A stretch of 64,000 nt of DNA from Mobula hypostoma. Its lineage: Eukaryota. The first letter of the stretch is position 1, and each line of letters opens with the position of its first letter. The notes under the pieces are model-generated. The model was not told where the DNA came from and ran no database searches. It saw nothing but the letters and a program-made list of their open reading frames with translations. Positions 13,261 through 28,023 of the stretch are shown here, piece after piece. The stretch spans positions 231,510,001 to 231,574,000 of the forward strand of contig NC_086097.1 in NCBI RefSeq assembly GCF_963921235.1, given 5' to 3'. The position numbers and the translations under genes were made by a program.

Positions 13261-14842
13261 TGCTTATTGTTAGAGCTGTGAAGAATTGTGCTATACTACC
13301 ATGTCCTCACCCTAACAACAGCCTGCTAACACGGCTCTGTTGCATTATTTCCTTGTAACTTCCATTACTTCCAAGGATACCGGCTTAGCACACATTCTTG
13401 AGGTGCAGCTGTGTTGTTTCTCAGCATGGAGGTGATGTTGTTGCCGATCTGTACTGATTGTGGTCTCCTGATGTGAAGTTGAGTAGTCAGTTGCTGAGAG
13501 AGGTACAGAGGCCCAGGTATAGAAGTTTGGTGATTAATACTGAGGGGTTGATGGTATTAATCATGGAGCTGTAATCAATAAACAGAGGTCTGATGCATGT
13601 TTTGGTGTTGTCTAGGTACTCCAAAGCAGAGGACTGTGCCAGTGAGATTGTGTGTGCTGCAGTTGTAGGCCAATTTCAGCAGCTCCATGTCCTTGCTCAG
13701 GAACTAATTCTAGCTATAACTAACCTCTGAATGACTACCAGGTGATAATCTTTGTGGCAGCTTTTCTTGGGCATCAGTATGATTGCCATTTTGAAGCAAT
13801 CAAAAACTTGGGTTTTCTCTTGATTCCCATTGACTCCATTTTACCCAGGGCTCCTTGATCCCATACTAAATCAAATAATACCTTGATGTCATGTGCAGTT
13901 GCTCTCACTTCACCTCTGAATTCCTTTTATCCGTGTTTGGAGAAGTCTGTAACAGGCCAAGAGCTGAGTGAGTTTGGCAGGTTCTGCACTTTTGGGAACA
14001 AGTTCTTACTGTGCAAGTGCTACTTGGTAGTACTATTGCTTATTGCTCCTATCTCTTTGTGGCAGTAGAGGAATGGGGTGGTAATTGGCATTGTTTTATC
14101 TGTCCTGCTTCTTGTGGACAGAACGTTCCTGGGCAATTTTCCACGTTGTTGGGTGGATACCTGTTTTGTAGCTTTACTGGAATAGCTTGGCCGAGGGTGA
14201 GGCAAGTCTGAAGCACGAGTCTTCAGTACTATTGCTGGAATGTTGTCAGGGTCAATTGCCTTTGCTGTATCCAATATCTTTAGCAGTTCCGTAATATTCA
14301 CATTGAATGACAACTGCCATCTGTCATGTAAGAAATCACATGAGGAAGATTGGGTGGATCAACCACTTGGCACTCCTAGCTGAAGATCTTGCAAGTGTTC
14401 CGTCTTTCTCTTTTGGACAGATGTGCTGGGTTTCCCCATGAAAATGGGATGTTTCTGGAGCCTTGTCAGTGAGTGTTTAATTGTTCAAATAAAAATCCTG
14501 TGTGTAAACAAGTTAAGTGGTGATGACCAGTGTTGGAACAAAGGAAACTAGTTTGTGTGAGAAGTGGGACACAGATCGTGGAGATGATTACAAAAATATG
14601 GAAAGGCAAGCTCGTGGAACAACTTGAACACATGAAAGTGAATTTTAGAATTTCACGGTTACAAGCTATGAAGGCAAACGTATAGATTATAAATGGGAGT
14701 AGACCACTCAGTTCCATTAGCCTGCTCAGCTATTTGGTAAGCTTATAGGTAATACAAAGATAATTGGTAGTTGTCTTTTTATGAGTTCAATCCTCTCTAT
14801 CAGGATATGAATACAAGTACACTGATGTATCTTTATACAATT

Positions 14843-16322
14843 GGCAGACCAATTGAATAACTACTTTGGCTCTGTCTTCACTAAGGACATAAATAATCTT
14901 CTGGAAATAGTAGGGGACCGAGGGTCCAGTAAGATGGAGGAACTGACGGAAATATATGTTAGTAGGGAAGTGGTGTTAGGTAAATTGAAGGGATAAAAAG
15001 CAGATAAATCCCCAGGGCCAGATCGTCTGCATCCCAGACTGCTTAAGGAAGTAGCCCAAGAAATAGTGGATGCATTAGTGATAATTTTTCAAAACTCTTT
15101 AGATTCTGGACTAGTTCCTGAGGATTAGAGGGTGGCTAATGTAACCCCACTTTTTAAAAAAGGAGGGAGAGAGAAACCGGGGAATTATAGACCGGTTAGC
15201 CTAACATCGGTGGTGGGGAAAATGCTGGAGTCAGTTATCAAAGATGTGATAACAGCACATTTGGAAAGTGGTGAAATCATCGGGCAAAGTCAGCATGGAT
15301 TTGTGAAAGGAAAATCATGTCTGACGAATCTCATAGAATTTTTTGAGGATGTAACTGGTAGAGTGGATGGGGAGAACCAGTGGATGTGGTATATTTGGAT
15401 TTTCAAAAGGCTTTTGACAAGGTCCCACACAGGAGATTAGTGTGCAAACTTAAAGCACACAGTATTGGGGGTAAGGTATTGATGTGGATAGAGAATTGAT
15501 TGGACGACAGAAAGCAAAGACTGGGAATAAACGGGACCTTTACAGAATGGCAGGCAGTGACTAGTGGGGTACCGCAAGGCTCAGTGCTGGGACCCTGGTT
15601 GTTTACAATATATATTAATGACTTAGACAAGGGAATTAAGTGCAGCATCTCCAAGTTTGCGGATGACACGAAGCTGGGCGGCAGTATTAGCTGTGAGGAG
15701 GATGCTAAGATTCACACAGAGTGGTGAATCTGTAGAATTCTCTACCACAGGAAACAGTTGAGGCCAGTTCATTGGCGATATTTAAGAGGGAGTTAGATAT
15801 GGCCCTTGTGGCTAAAGGGATCAGGGCGTATGGAGAGAAGGCAGCTACAGGGTTCTGAGTTGGATGATCAGCCATGATCATACTGAATGGCCTACTCCTG
15901 CACCTATTTTCTATGTTTCTATACTATTGACGGAGTTCCAAAGGATTGAGAATTAATTTGAAGCCTATTAAATATTGAAAGGCTGAGATAGAGTGGACGT
16001 GGAGAGGATGTTCCTGTAGTGTGGTAGTCTAGAACCAGAGGGCACAGCCTCGGAGTAGAAGGATGTCCCTGAAAGAACAGAGATGAGGAGAAGTTTCTTT
16101 AGCCAGAGGGTGACAAAATCTGTCGAGTCCTTCTGTGGAAGGCAAGTCATTGGGTATATTTAAAGTGGAGGTTGGTAGGTTCTTGATTAGTAAGGGTGTC
16201 AAAGGTTATGGGTAGAAGTCAGGAGAATAGGGTTGAGAGGGATAATAAATCAACTATGATGGAAAGGTGGAATAGACTCAGTAAGCTGAATGACCTAATT
16301 CTGCTCCAATGTCTTATGGTCT
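14843..16322 (+). mobile_element. two CR1 fragments (14843-15921 internally deleted; 15965-16322 a 3' end)
   Basis: NYRPVSLTS and GVPQGSVLGP/KFADD ORFs. ttctatgtttcta and tcttatggtcta tails. Confidence 0.85.
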
Positions 16323-17529
16323 AAATTTGAAACTGTATTTTAGGAGATGGAGAATGATCATTAATGACCCCCTTGTGTTCTGAGGACATTCTGAGGTGCT
16401 TTATACTCAGTTACTCAAAATTTAGACACTAACTTAAAGGAAATTCCAGTAACCAATTTACCCATAAGAATCAGTGAGAGAAGGTATTAATTACTCTGTG
16501 TGATTATATTTTCATAAGAGCTTTGGAAGAAATTGTTTTGTTTTCACCTGAGTGGGTAGATGGAACTTTGGCTTAAAGTCTCATAGAGTCACAATATGGA
16601 AATGGCCCTTTTGTCCACCAGATCTGTTACTGAATTGTCATGCTAGACTACATGCTTGTACTGGAAAAGAACTTGAATGCAAACTTCTGAATTTGTAAAA
16701 GAATAATAATTTTAAAAATTGTCTTTGTCACATTTCTGATCTGTTCAAAAATGTTCCAAGGGTGTTATCAACTGAAATAGGTATACTTATAAGGAACATT
16801 CATCCATTTTATAATCAAACATTTATTAAATGGTAAAAACCAGTGGGATGCACAAGATTTGATAATGATATCAGTACATCTGAATTTCAGCTTCAGATTT
16901 TCACTATATATTGATAAATATGGAAACAGTAATTTCTGGAAGTTTTTGATTGAAGTTAAGATAGGACTTCCAATATATTGTGCATATGAGAGATTACAAA
17001 GGAGTGGGGAAAGCGGTGGTAAATGGAGTTAGTTGTGGGTTAGCATGAAATCGTCTACTCTGGTTCTGAGTAAAAGAACTTAGAATGTTTTCTGTGTGGT
17101 AAGAGATTAAATGTGACCATGAAAGAAGATTTAGGATACTTGTATTTAAATCTCTGATGGTTTAATTGTGGGTATATAAAAAATTGTGTAAGCTACACAG
17201 CATGAAATACTGCAGGAAGTTTTGCCCTGCATTTTGTTGTTTTCCAGTGTTCACTGAGATAGCCAGTCATGTTATATACAACTCTGTTGGTATCTTGGTG
17301 TCTTTGAATCACAGTAGCTGGAGCTGCTTTGCTTCGTTTCAAAATTGCCCTTCATCCCTACACACAGTACCTTCTGTAAGACTGGCTATTTAATATAAAT
17401 ATGTTCAACTCCCTTTGTTTGTTATAATGTTCTTTGAAGTGTAGAGTTTTTTTTGATAATTATGTTGGTGATTCTGTTCCTGGATATGTTTAAGGTATCT
17501 TTTTTTAAAAAAATTTCTATGACATTGAA

Positions 17530-17670
17530 ATAACCTCCACTTGCATGAATTGGGCTCTGGTTATTGTACCCAGATCCCCAGCTGACTTGGTAGACAGCTG
17601 ATTCCTATTTTAATGTGTGACAATGACTCTTGCACTTGTCTGTGACACTTGTGTGGCTCACATGGGATGT
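17530..17670. promoter_or_regulatory. candidate muscle/cardiac enhancer
   Basis: Two CAGCTG, three CACTTG, one CACATG, a MEF2-like CTATTTTAAT and two TGTGACA within 140 bp of unique sequence. Confidence 0.35.
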
Positions 17671-20600
17671 GTTATATCTTCATGGTCTTTTCAGTATCAA
17701 ATTATTTCCACCTGTTTTGAAATTTTTAATAACTAATGTTAGATTTTTGTGTTAGTGCTGGATTTAAATTCTCACCTACTTAAATAAGGGAGAAAGCATG
17801 TGATTGTTACAATGTTTAAAATAATTTTTATTGAACCTATTAACCGTACTTCTTGAGGAAGTTTTGAGTACGCTCATTTTCTCAGAAATGTGCTGCAGTC
17901 GTGCTTAAGATTTCTATAAAAATATAATAAAATTTGCTCAAGAATCATCATTCTGTTTGCACTCAATCTGTCTACTTAAGTGAATTTCAATGAACTGGGA
18001 ATTATTTTTACATGTTTTCTGTTTCTGGTGATTTTTAGAGTTTAGAGAAACCAGGTCAATGCAAGCTTAATGTAACCAACGTGCGATAGAGCATAAGTGC
18101 CAAACCACTTGTAATTTAGTAAAATTTGCTAATTGAAGGACTTCAACTTTTAAGAATTTGTGGTGATGAAGAATGGAAATGGTACATGGATTGATTACTG
18201 CTTATGTAGCAAGCCAACGTGGACTTATTAGACTGAGCAGCTCACTTTGATATTAAGTAAATTCCTATGTTTGCAAAAATCTGAAGGCATATATTTAGCT
18301 CTGAATTTGCTTCATAATTTGAACATTTATCTGATTCGTGGCTTATTCATTGCCTCTACAAAGAGTATTCCTGACTCTGTTTGATAGAGTTGAGACTCCT
18401 CTTAGTTTATTTTTAATTGGTTAACTTTGTGTGAAAAGAGTAAGAGAGATTTCCAGCACATTTATAATTTTTAAAGATTGGCTTTATTTGTCATATGTAC
18501 AGTGAAATGCATCTTTTTCATCAAAGCAAATCAATGAGGATTGTGCTGGCGACAGCCCACAAGTGTCGCATTGGTTCCAGCACCAACACTGCATGCCCAC
18601 ACCGTAATATCAATCAGTTTGATATTTTTAGTAAATTAATCAACTTATGATTCCTTTAATATAAGATCTTAGCGCTAAACTACATTTAAAATTTACAAGA
18701 AATTGAAACCCAAGAGCAATAAAGTCTGTAACTGAGACTTTTTTGCATTTACTACAGATTAATCAAGTGAAATTAACTTGTACCTGTTCTTGCATTCATT
18801 GAACCTTATTAAGATGCTATTTAATGAATATACCTGTGTTTACTCTTGTCTCTAGCAGGAATAAACACTGTGGCCCAGAGTTTACACTAACTGTAGAACT
18901 GTCCAAGGTCACAGTTTACTTCCCCATGAAGCACATTTTGACTTGGTCTTCTGCCCGGAAGCTAGGTCCCAGCTGATCTGCAAGGCCCTGCACAAATCAG
19001 TGCAATACCTCCAACTGACATCCCATGCAATCACCACCCCCATGCTCTCAAAATACTTGACAGACGCCAAGACTTACTAGTTGGCAAAGCTGTTAATAAT
19101 TGTCTGCAAATCAAAACTTCAGATGCAGGAAATCTGAAATAAAACAGAAATTGTCGTGGGTAGTCCGCAGATCAACCTGCTATCAAAAACATTCTTTTAA
19201 TGTGGACATTTTAACGTTTGATTGTTCCCGGTGTTCAAAAATGTTCCAAAGCGCTCATGCTTTTTTAAAATAATAAGAATAATACAAATGTTATACTGTA
19301 TAGAAAACATTAAAAACATGAGAGTAATGCAAAACAATTAACATTTAAATCAACTGAATTAATTATGTAAAATAAAATGCCTTGTACCTATTCTCTCTGT
19401 TCACAGCTTTTTACTATTGAAATCAGTGGGCGTGCTGGATTTGTGCCAGGTTAATCTGCGCAAGGGCAGGAAAATGTGCTGAAATTTATGCTGAGCAACT
19501 GGGCTTCAGGGGGAGTTGCCTGGGATTACAGTCATTTGAGTTGAAGTTTTACTTGTGTTCAGGAGTCCTGAACTTCTGCCAAGTAGGTTAAAACAAGCTT
19601 CGATAAAGGCAATTGCCTGTTCCTAATCAGAATATCTGGGCCAAGCATAGATGGTGAACTTAGAGTAGATAGAAATGGTTAATAGATACAACATTTTATA
19701 CCAAGCTAACCAATTAAATGTAGATTGATTTTAAGATTAAGAAAACATCTAGTCAATGGAATACATTCTATTACAGCTCATAATGAAATATAAATATTTT
19801 AGTCAGGAAGTGTATAACTCACACCGGTGAAGAAGCCTGTGATACAGTTTAGTACTGTGGGATGTATGTGGCTGTCTGTGTTTACATGTTGAACATGGTC
19901 ATCATGAAAGTGAATTTGGCAGATCTGGAAGAGTTGGTTTGACAGTCCTGCAAGTAACCGTTACATGGCACTTGCTTGTCAAAGTTTCAATGTTTTCTAG
20001 GTTTTAATCCATTTGGGGATGGAATGGATGGTACATTATTTGACGTATTATTGGGCACAAGCACGTGCACTCACTCATTGTTATACAGAATCACAAATAA
20101 GTTTAATATCACCAGCGTATGTCATGAAATTTGTTGTCTTTGTGGCAGCAGCACAATGCAATATATAATAATACAATAAAACAGTGATGCAGCCGGTTAG
20201 AATGCTCTCCACGGTACGTCAGTAGAAATTAGCAAATGCCTTTGGTGACATACTGTATCACCTCAAGGCGGCAACCTTGCTGTTTCTTTAGCAGTTTGCC
20301 TGTTTTTTATGAGGCCGAGTTGCTAGCTCGATGCTCAACCCAGCACGGATGGAAATCATACAAGGATCTGGCTGGATTTGAACCCAGGACCACTCTCCTC
20401 GAGTCTGGTGTGGATACTGCTACACCACTGGCCAGCTGTGTGGGCTGTGGTTAAGGTTAACTAAACAAGGAATGCTTGGAGAAAATTTATTTTGAATTTT
20501 CGCTTTTACATTTTTTTTCTGTCAGTTTTTTACATACATAGCCTGATCTTGGTAGGAGGTAGCATTTATTGGTGGTATTGGCCAAGTAACAATTCCACAT

Positions 20601-21757
20601 GTATTGGCAGTGAGTGGACCTGTTCCTGGTGGAGAGTTTTACAGTCAAGCTTTATGCCGTTGTCAAGCAACCAAATTTCTTGTAAGTTATATTGATAGGA
20701 GTGAGCAGCACAGGTACATTGGTAATCATGTCTACATAGAAGTTTTGCATTGGCTATCTAAATCCTAAACCATACTCTGTTTTCATAAGTTTAATATTTT
20801 CTGTCGTTCTTGATATTCCCAGCTTCACAGAAAACTGTTTTGCTATTCTCTCCTTGGAATGATATCTTCTCATCACAGCCATCTTTTTGGTGAATACATG
20901 CTGTTAATGTCTATTTTATAATGTAATGCTTAAATTTCACACAGTCCTCTGGTGCCTTAATCAAACCTCTAGCTCTTCATGCTTGCATAATTCCCTCAAG
21001 CAATTGTAAGAGCCTGTTGAAGCAAACTGAAAGATCGCACGGCGTTTGTATTTGAATAACACGTAATTTATTAAAAACTGGTGTACACCTGAAGATGAGC
21101 CAAAGCTGAACTACCTGAGTATGGAATGGTACAGCTTTTACACTCAGTTGATGAGATTAGCAGTAAAACTACATTTTGATAACAGAATAATGGCTACAGG
21201 AAGACATAATTAAGTAACAGACTAGGTCTTGACTAGAGAATAAAATGATTATCCACAGGCTTTGCAGTAAATCCAATTTTCTATTACAATGGGTGTATGC
21301 TATAAAAGAATTAGTGAAATTTCTGATACTTGGGTGTCGTCACTGCTGCGTTCCATGTCTCTACTTTTGTCTGTGGTTCCCTATTAACATATTAGCACAA
21401 TCCATATCTCTATATACTAATTATTATCCCTCACAATCCTTTCCCCTTCAATAGTCTTAATGATTTCTGTTTTTATTCCCTTTAACATTGGTATTTGTCA
21501 ATGCTAATTATAGATCCCCCTGCAGTTTACTTGGCTCATATCAACTAATTTACTGTGTATTAGAAACTATAACTTAGAAACTTCATGTTCCATGCACTGC
21601 TTAGTAGATATACTCACTGAAATATTAAGTGAACTTAAACCAAAAATGAACAGAATTCTTTTGTATTTTTATGTGGGCTTTCTGTATCGCTATTCCTTTA
21701 ATGAGTTGAAAAACACTGGGTGCTGTATTTGAGTTTTGACTTGGATGGAGTATTTGA

Positions 21758-21940
<183 letters not shown>

Positions 21941-22628
21941 TGACTTTGTGCTCAAAAGGTTTACATTATGGAAATTGAAACATTTCATGGCAAGATCTGT
22001 TAACTATAATTTCACCAGTGAAGTAATTTGCAAAAATTAGCTTCATTTTTTGAAATCATGGAATCAGATTAAGTGCGGGTACGTACAGGAGTAGTGCACA
22101 TTGCAGCAAGAATGATCAACGGGGTCAGGAGGAGAGAGATATTTAGAAGTATAGTATCCAGAGAGTTCAGTAGAAAAGATAATTTTTCACCTGAGTTAGA
22201 ATCTGGAAAATTAGATCGTGGGTGCTCTTCTGATGTACACAATGGTGAATTAATTTAGAACTGCTACAGCAAAGACTAAAACATTTGCTTAGATTGTTTT
22301 CTGGAAATGCTGTTGACTTTCAGAGCTGCTTGCTGTACTGATTTCTTTCATCCACAAGTTCCTGAAGTTCTCCCTTTAACAGTGTTTAATTCAGTTGGTG
22401 CAGATTTTGTGCATTTTTTTCTCAATTTGCAGATAAGTTACTCAAGGTGTGTGTAGCAGCTGAAGATCTAAATTCTCTCATAATTTTTCAGCCTTCACTT
22501 ACCAGGAGGCTGTGTCATTGGGGACTTGGAGATGGTTTGATCGAGATGTTGCACAAGTGGTATTTGGTTGGTAGACAGAAAATCTGTAAATACATATTTA
22601 CATGCCTTATTAATATAATTTAGGTGTG

Positions 22629-23035
22629 AACATAGAACATAGAATAGTACAGCACAGTACAGGCCCTTCGGCCCACAGTGTTGTGCCGACCCTCAAACCC
22701 TGCCGCCCATATAAGCCCCCACCTTAGATTCCTCCATATACCTGTCAAGTAGTCTCTTAAACTTCACTAGTGTATCTGCCTCCACCACTGACTCAGCCAG
22801 TGCATTCCATGCACCAACCACTCTCTGAGTGAAAAACCTTCCTCTAATATCCCCCTTGAACTTTCCACCCCTTACTGTAAAGCCATGTCCTCTTGTATTG
22901 AGCAGTGGTGCCCTGGGGAAGAGGCGCTGGCTATCCACTCTATCTATTCCTCTTATTTTCTTGTACACCTCTATCATGTCTCCTCTCATCCTCCTTCTCT
23001 CCAAACAGTAAAGCCCTATCTCCCTTAATCTCTGA
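22629..23035 (-). mobile_element. CR1 3' fragment
   Basis: RRRMRGDMIEVYK..TRGH..FFTQRVVGAWNAL, with a (aacatag)n tail. Confidence 0.85.
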
Positions 23036-24029
23036 GTACAGTATTTACATATTTTCTGTCGACCAACCAACTATTATATTTTGTCGCACTCCTATATATC
23101 CAACAGGTAAGCTCTCAATCTTCAGCCGGGATATATATTACAAAATTTATATCTGATTCTGCCATCAAGTCTGGCAGAACCAAATTGCAGTGATGCCGGT
23201 CAGGAGGTAAGATCAGGATGAAATTGGAGGAGAAGGAGAGAAGATCTCATTTCACTGTTGAGAAGAATGCAGGTTGAGTAGGGTGTTAGGTCTTAGGATC
23301 ATGTGATGAATGGATGATTTCTGAATAACTTGTAGATCTACGATCCAAGAAGAACATCTGCATTCTATCAGCCCACAAGAATTACTGGAAAGGTACTTGC
23401 CTGTTTCATCTAGCAATTTGAACCTCTCTTCATTTAATATTGAAGAGGGGACAAGTGGGGGAAATGATCTTGGACATTAATAAGGTGTCAACAGACATGC
23501 AACAACAGGGTGGCACTGACACTTAATTGCTATTACTGAACGTCTAGCTCCCAGTTAAAACATCGGTAGGATATTGGAGTGATTCCTGATGAATGCACCT
23601 ACCAGGATACAGTGTAGAATCTGCATAATTCCTGAAGAATGGTGGCATGCGAATCATACATTGAAAGCTTAATTCCTTTCCTCCTCATGCTATTGGTAAG
23701 TAGTGTAAGAATAGTGAATACCAAGGTGAACCTGTTGGAATCCGGCAGTCCCTGAAAATAGGCATGTTTTCTTGATAAAGGGTAACTCATAAAGATACCT
23801 TGATCTGTTAATCATGGGTATAGGGTTTTTGATATGTTAATGAAGTAGGCCACCACTTAAGATGTACTGACTAATAAATTGTTTGACTGAAGACCCACTT
23901 ATCTCATAATGTGTACCTTTTTCTAATTGAGCCTGAATTATTTGAATCTGTGGTTGCTCACAGTGCATTTGAAGCGTATGTTATTCCATAATTCATAAAA
24001 TGGTAAGGAGAGAGGCATAAATAGGGTAG

Positions 24030-25933
24030 ATAATAAAGATTATAAGGCTAACAGGAAGGAGCTTAAGAAGAAAATTAGGAGAGCCAGAAGGGGCCATGAG
24101 AAGGCCTTGGCGGGCAGGATTAAGGAAAACCCCAAGGCATTCTACAAGTATGTGAAGAGCAAGAGGATAAGACGTGAAAGAATAGGACCTATCAAGTGTG
24201 ACAGTGGGAAAGTGTGTATGGAACCAGAGGAAATGGCAGAGGTACTTAATGAATACTTTACTTCAGTATTCACTATGGAAAAGGATCTTGGTGATTGCAG
24301 TGATGACTTGCAGTGGACTGAAATGCTTGAGCATGTAGATATTAAGAAAGAGAATGTGCTGGAGCTTTTGGAAAGCATCAAGTTGGATAAGTCGCTGGGA
24401 CCGGATGAGATGTACCCGAGGCTACTGTGGGAGGCAAGGGAGGAGATCGCTGAGCCTCTGGCGATGATCTTTGTTTCATCGATGGGGACGGGAGAGGTTC
24501 CGGAGGATTGGAGAGTTGCGGATGTTGTTCCCTTATTCGAGAAAGGGAGTAGAGATGGCCCAGGAAATTATAGACCAATGAGTCTTACTTCAGTGGTTGG
24601 TAAGTTGATGGAGAAGATCCTGAGAGGCAGGATTTATGAACATTTGGAGAGGTATATTATGATTAGGAATAGTCAGCATGGCTCTGTCAAGGGCAGGTCG
24701 TGCCTTACAAGCCTGATTGAATATTTTAAGGCTGTGACTAAACACATTGATGAAGGAAGAGCAGTAGATGTAGTGTATATGGATTTCAGCAAGGCATTTG
24801 ATAAGGTACCCCATGCAAGGCTTGTTGAGAAAGTAGGGAGGCATGGAATCCAAGGGGACATTGCTTTGTGGATCCAGAACTGGCTTGCCCACAGAAGGCA
24901 AAGAGTGGTTGTAGACAGGTCATATTCTGCTTGGAGGTCGGTCACCAGTGGAGTGCCTCAGGGATCTGTTCTGGGACCCTTACTCCTGGAGATTTTTATA
25001 AATGACCTGGATGAGGAAGTGGAGGGATGGGTTAGTAAGTTTGCTGATGACACAAAGGGTGGAAGTGTTGTGGATAGTGTGGAGGGCTGTCAGAGGTTAT
25101 AGCGGGACATTGATAGGATGCAAACCTGGGCTGAGAAGTGGCAGATGGAGTTCAACCCAGATAAGTGTGAAGTGGTTCATTTTGGTAGGTCAAATATGAT
25201 GGCAGAATATATTATTAATGGTAAGACTCTTGGCAGTGTGGAGAGTCAGAGGGATCTTGGGGATGCTTAAAGCAGCTGCGCAGGTTGACTCTGTGGTTAA
25301 GAAGGCATACGGTGTATTGGCCTTCATCAGTCGTGGAGTTGAGTTTAAGAGCCGAGAGGTAATGTTGCAACTATATAGGACCCTGGTCACACCCCACTTG
25401 GAGTACTGTGCTCAGTTCTGGTCGCCTCACTACAGGAAGGATGTGGAAACCATAGAAAGGGTGCAGAGGAGATTTACAAAGATGTTGCCTGGATTGGGGA
25501 GCATGCCTTATGAAAACAGGTTGAGTGAACTCTGCCTTTTCTCCTTGGAGTGACAGAGGATGAGAGGTGACCTGATAGAGGGGTATAAGATGATGAGAGG
25601 CGTTGATCGTGTGGATAGTCAGAGACTGTTTTCCCATGGCTGACATGGTTGCCACAAGAGGACACAGTTTAAGGTGCTGGGGAGTAGGTACAGAGGAGAT
25701 GTCAGGGGTAAGTTTTTATAACAGAGAGTGGTGCGTGCGTAGAATGGGCTGCCGGCGATGGTGGTGGAGGCGGATATGATAGGGTCTTTTAAGAGACTTT
25801 TGGATAGGTACATGGAGCTTAGAAAAATAGAGGGCTATGTGTAAGCTTAGTAATTTCTAAGGTAGGGACATGTTCAGCGCAACTCTGTGGGCCGAAGGGC
25901 CTGTATAGTGCTGTAGGGTTTCTATGTTTCTAT
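24030..25933 (+). mobile_element. CR1 LINE, RT region and 3' tail
   Basis: 331-aa ORF 24107-25102 with RT motifs. Tail tttctatgtttcta. Confidence 0.92.
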
Positions 25934-26387
25934 AATTGGAATCTTATGCCATATCCATAGTTGCTGCTTTTAAGAGTCATTTAGGCACTTAAATAGATAT
26001 TACATTTATGGTCCTAAAACAGGCTAATTTAGTGTAAATGTGTATAAATGCCAGCCGGATATAAATGTAGTGGCATCAGCACTGGACTTCGAGGCGAGTG
26101 ATCCTGGGTTTGAATCTAGACAGCTCCTTGAATGCTTTCTATCTGTGCTGGGTTGAGCATTGAGCTAACAACTTGGCCTCATATATATTTTAAAAAATCA
26201 GACAAAGTGCTAAAGAAATGAGAAGGTTGCTACCCAATGTCAAACAGGGCGTGGAGAGGAATAACAACAAATGTCCACATTGAACAGAGTGAGCTCATTG
26301 CCCGTTTGTGTACTATATAGTTCTGACTGATTAATTCAGGAATTAAAGTAATTTAAAAAAAATTACAACCAAGTATTGCTAATTAGT

Positions 26388-26645
26388 GGGGTGCCACAGT
26401 AGTGTAGAGATTAGTGCAACACTATTACGGCTCGTGGCATCAGAGTTCCATTCCAGCGCCCTCTGTATGTTTCTTCCCGTGTGTTTCCACCGGGTGCTCC
26501 AGTTTCTTCCCACGTCCAAACGTGTACTGTTTAGTAAGTTAATTGGTCATTGTAAATTGTCCTGTGGTTAGGCTAGGGTTAAATTGGCGGACACGGCTTG
26601 AAGGCCTGGAAAGGCCTCTTCCATTCTGTATCTCTAAATAAACTA
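26388..26645 (+). mobile_element. tRNA-derived SINE
   Basis: tRNA-like head, core gggtgctccagtttcttcccacgtccaaa, taaataaa tail. Confidence 0.65.
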
Positions 26646-27286
26646 CATGAGAAAACTAGAATGATCACAATAATAAATTTCTAATACTTAAATATAGCTT
26701 GATTTTTATGAGACTTGGGAGTATGGGCCATTCCAGGATTAAGAGCACCAACTTGCACTCAGGAACAGCTTCTTCCCCTCTGCCATCTGATTCCTTAGTG
26801 GACATTGAACCCTTGGACACTACCTCACTTTTTTAATATATATTTCTGTTTTTTGCACGATTATTAATCTATTCAATATACATATACTGTAATTCATTTA
26901 CTTACTATTATTTTATTTTGTATTTTTCTTCAATATTATGTATTACATTGAACTGCTGCTGCTGAGTTAACAAATTTCATGATACATGCTGGTGATGATA
27001 AACCTGATTCTGACAATCCTACATATCAGCGAGTTGACTTGAGTACAACCATTCATTCCTACAAAGGGCAGAACTAGTTTATTTTAGTAAATGTTCTATT
27101 CATCAATTTTGTGTGCTTGTGATGTCATCTATTACAATACTAGAAATATGGATACTATATCAAGTGACTTTTGTGTTTTTTCTGATTTGTGACCAAAATC
27201 AACACGGCCATCTGTAAAAATAAAACTTACTTGTTATGTGGGGCTGGCCTGCATTATGTAGTTGGAAAAATTGCTGTATCACTTAA

Positions 27287-27409
<123 letters not shown>

Positions 27410-28023
27410 TAGAATCCGAAATCTAAATAGCAATTTGTGGAAATTGATTATTGAAAAAATGGACTCTCAAATACTGTACTTGTGTAAGTTTGCATCAAAA
27501 TGCTTGTATGGCATTGCTACTTGGTATTCCTGTACTCAGCAATTACTGTGATATGGAATTGACCTCAAATATCTTGTAGGACTATTATTATTATTTATAT
27601 AACTGCTTAGATTTTATTTTGAGAAGCAGAATTGACATCGACATACACTGACAGTTTTGTGTTGTACTAATTCTTGTTTTGTATAAAGTAATAAGTCTTT
27701 CAACTCATGCTGTATTCTGTTTCAAGATTAAACAGTTCATTGATATCTGTTTAATGCTTGGGGCATTCCAGAAACGAGAGCACTAACGCAGCCGCTACCT
27801 TGTGGCATTCCTGTAATAATAAATAAGCCCATGAAATGGTGTGGAGAAGACTGCATTTGAGCCTACGTGTTGGTGCAGTCACGTGGCATTGAGATGTGAG
27901 ACCTCGGGTTGCTTCCTGGCTAGGACAATGAATAATGGTGTTGCTGGAAACTGGCAGCCTCTGTTTCTTATATGAATTTAGAATTTATTTAAATCTTCCA
28001 TCCATCCCACAATGTGAATGAGT

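Larger units (their letters stand above)
12765..13305 (-). mobile_element. SINE (host of the fold-back Penelope insert)
   Basis: Core tgtctttggaatgtgggaggaaaccagagcacc is shared with copies near 12160, 26490 (+) and 48740. Confidence 0.65.

Noticed and set aside
20001..20030. Possible micro-exon ttttctag|GTTTTAATCC...GGATG|gtacat
   Set aside because: Weak donor, no similarity to MIB1 and no other support.
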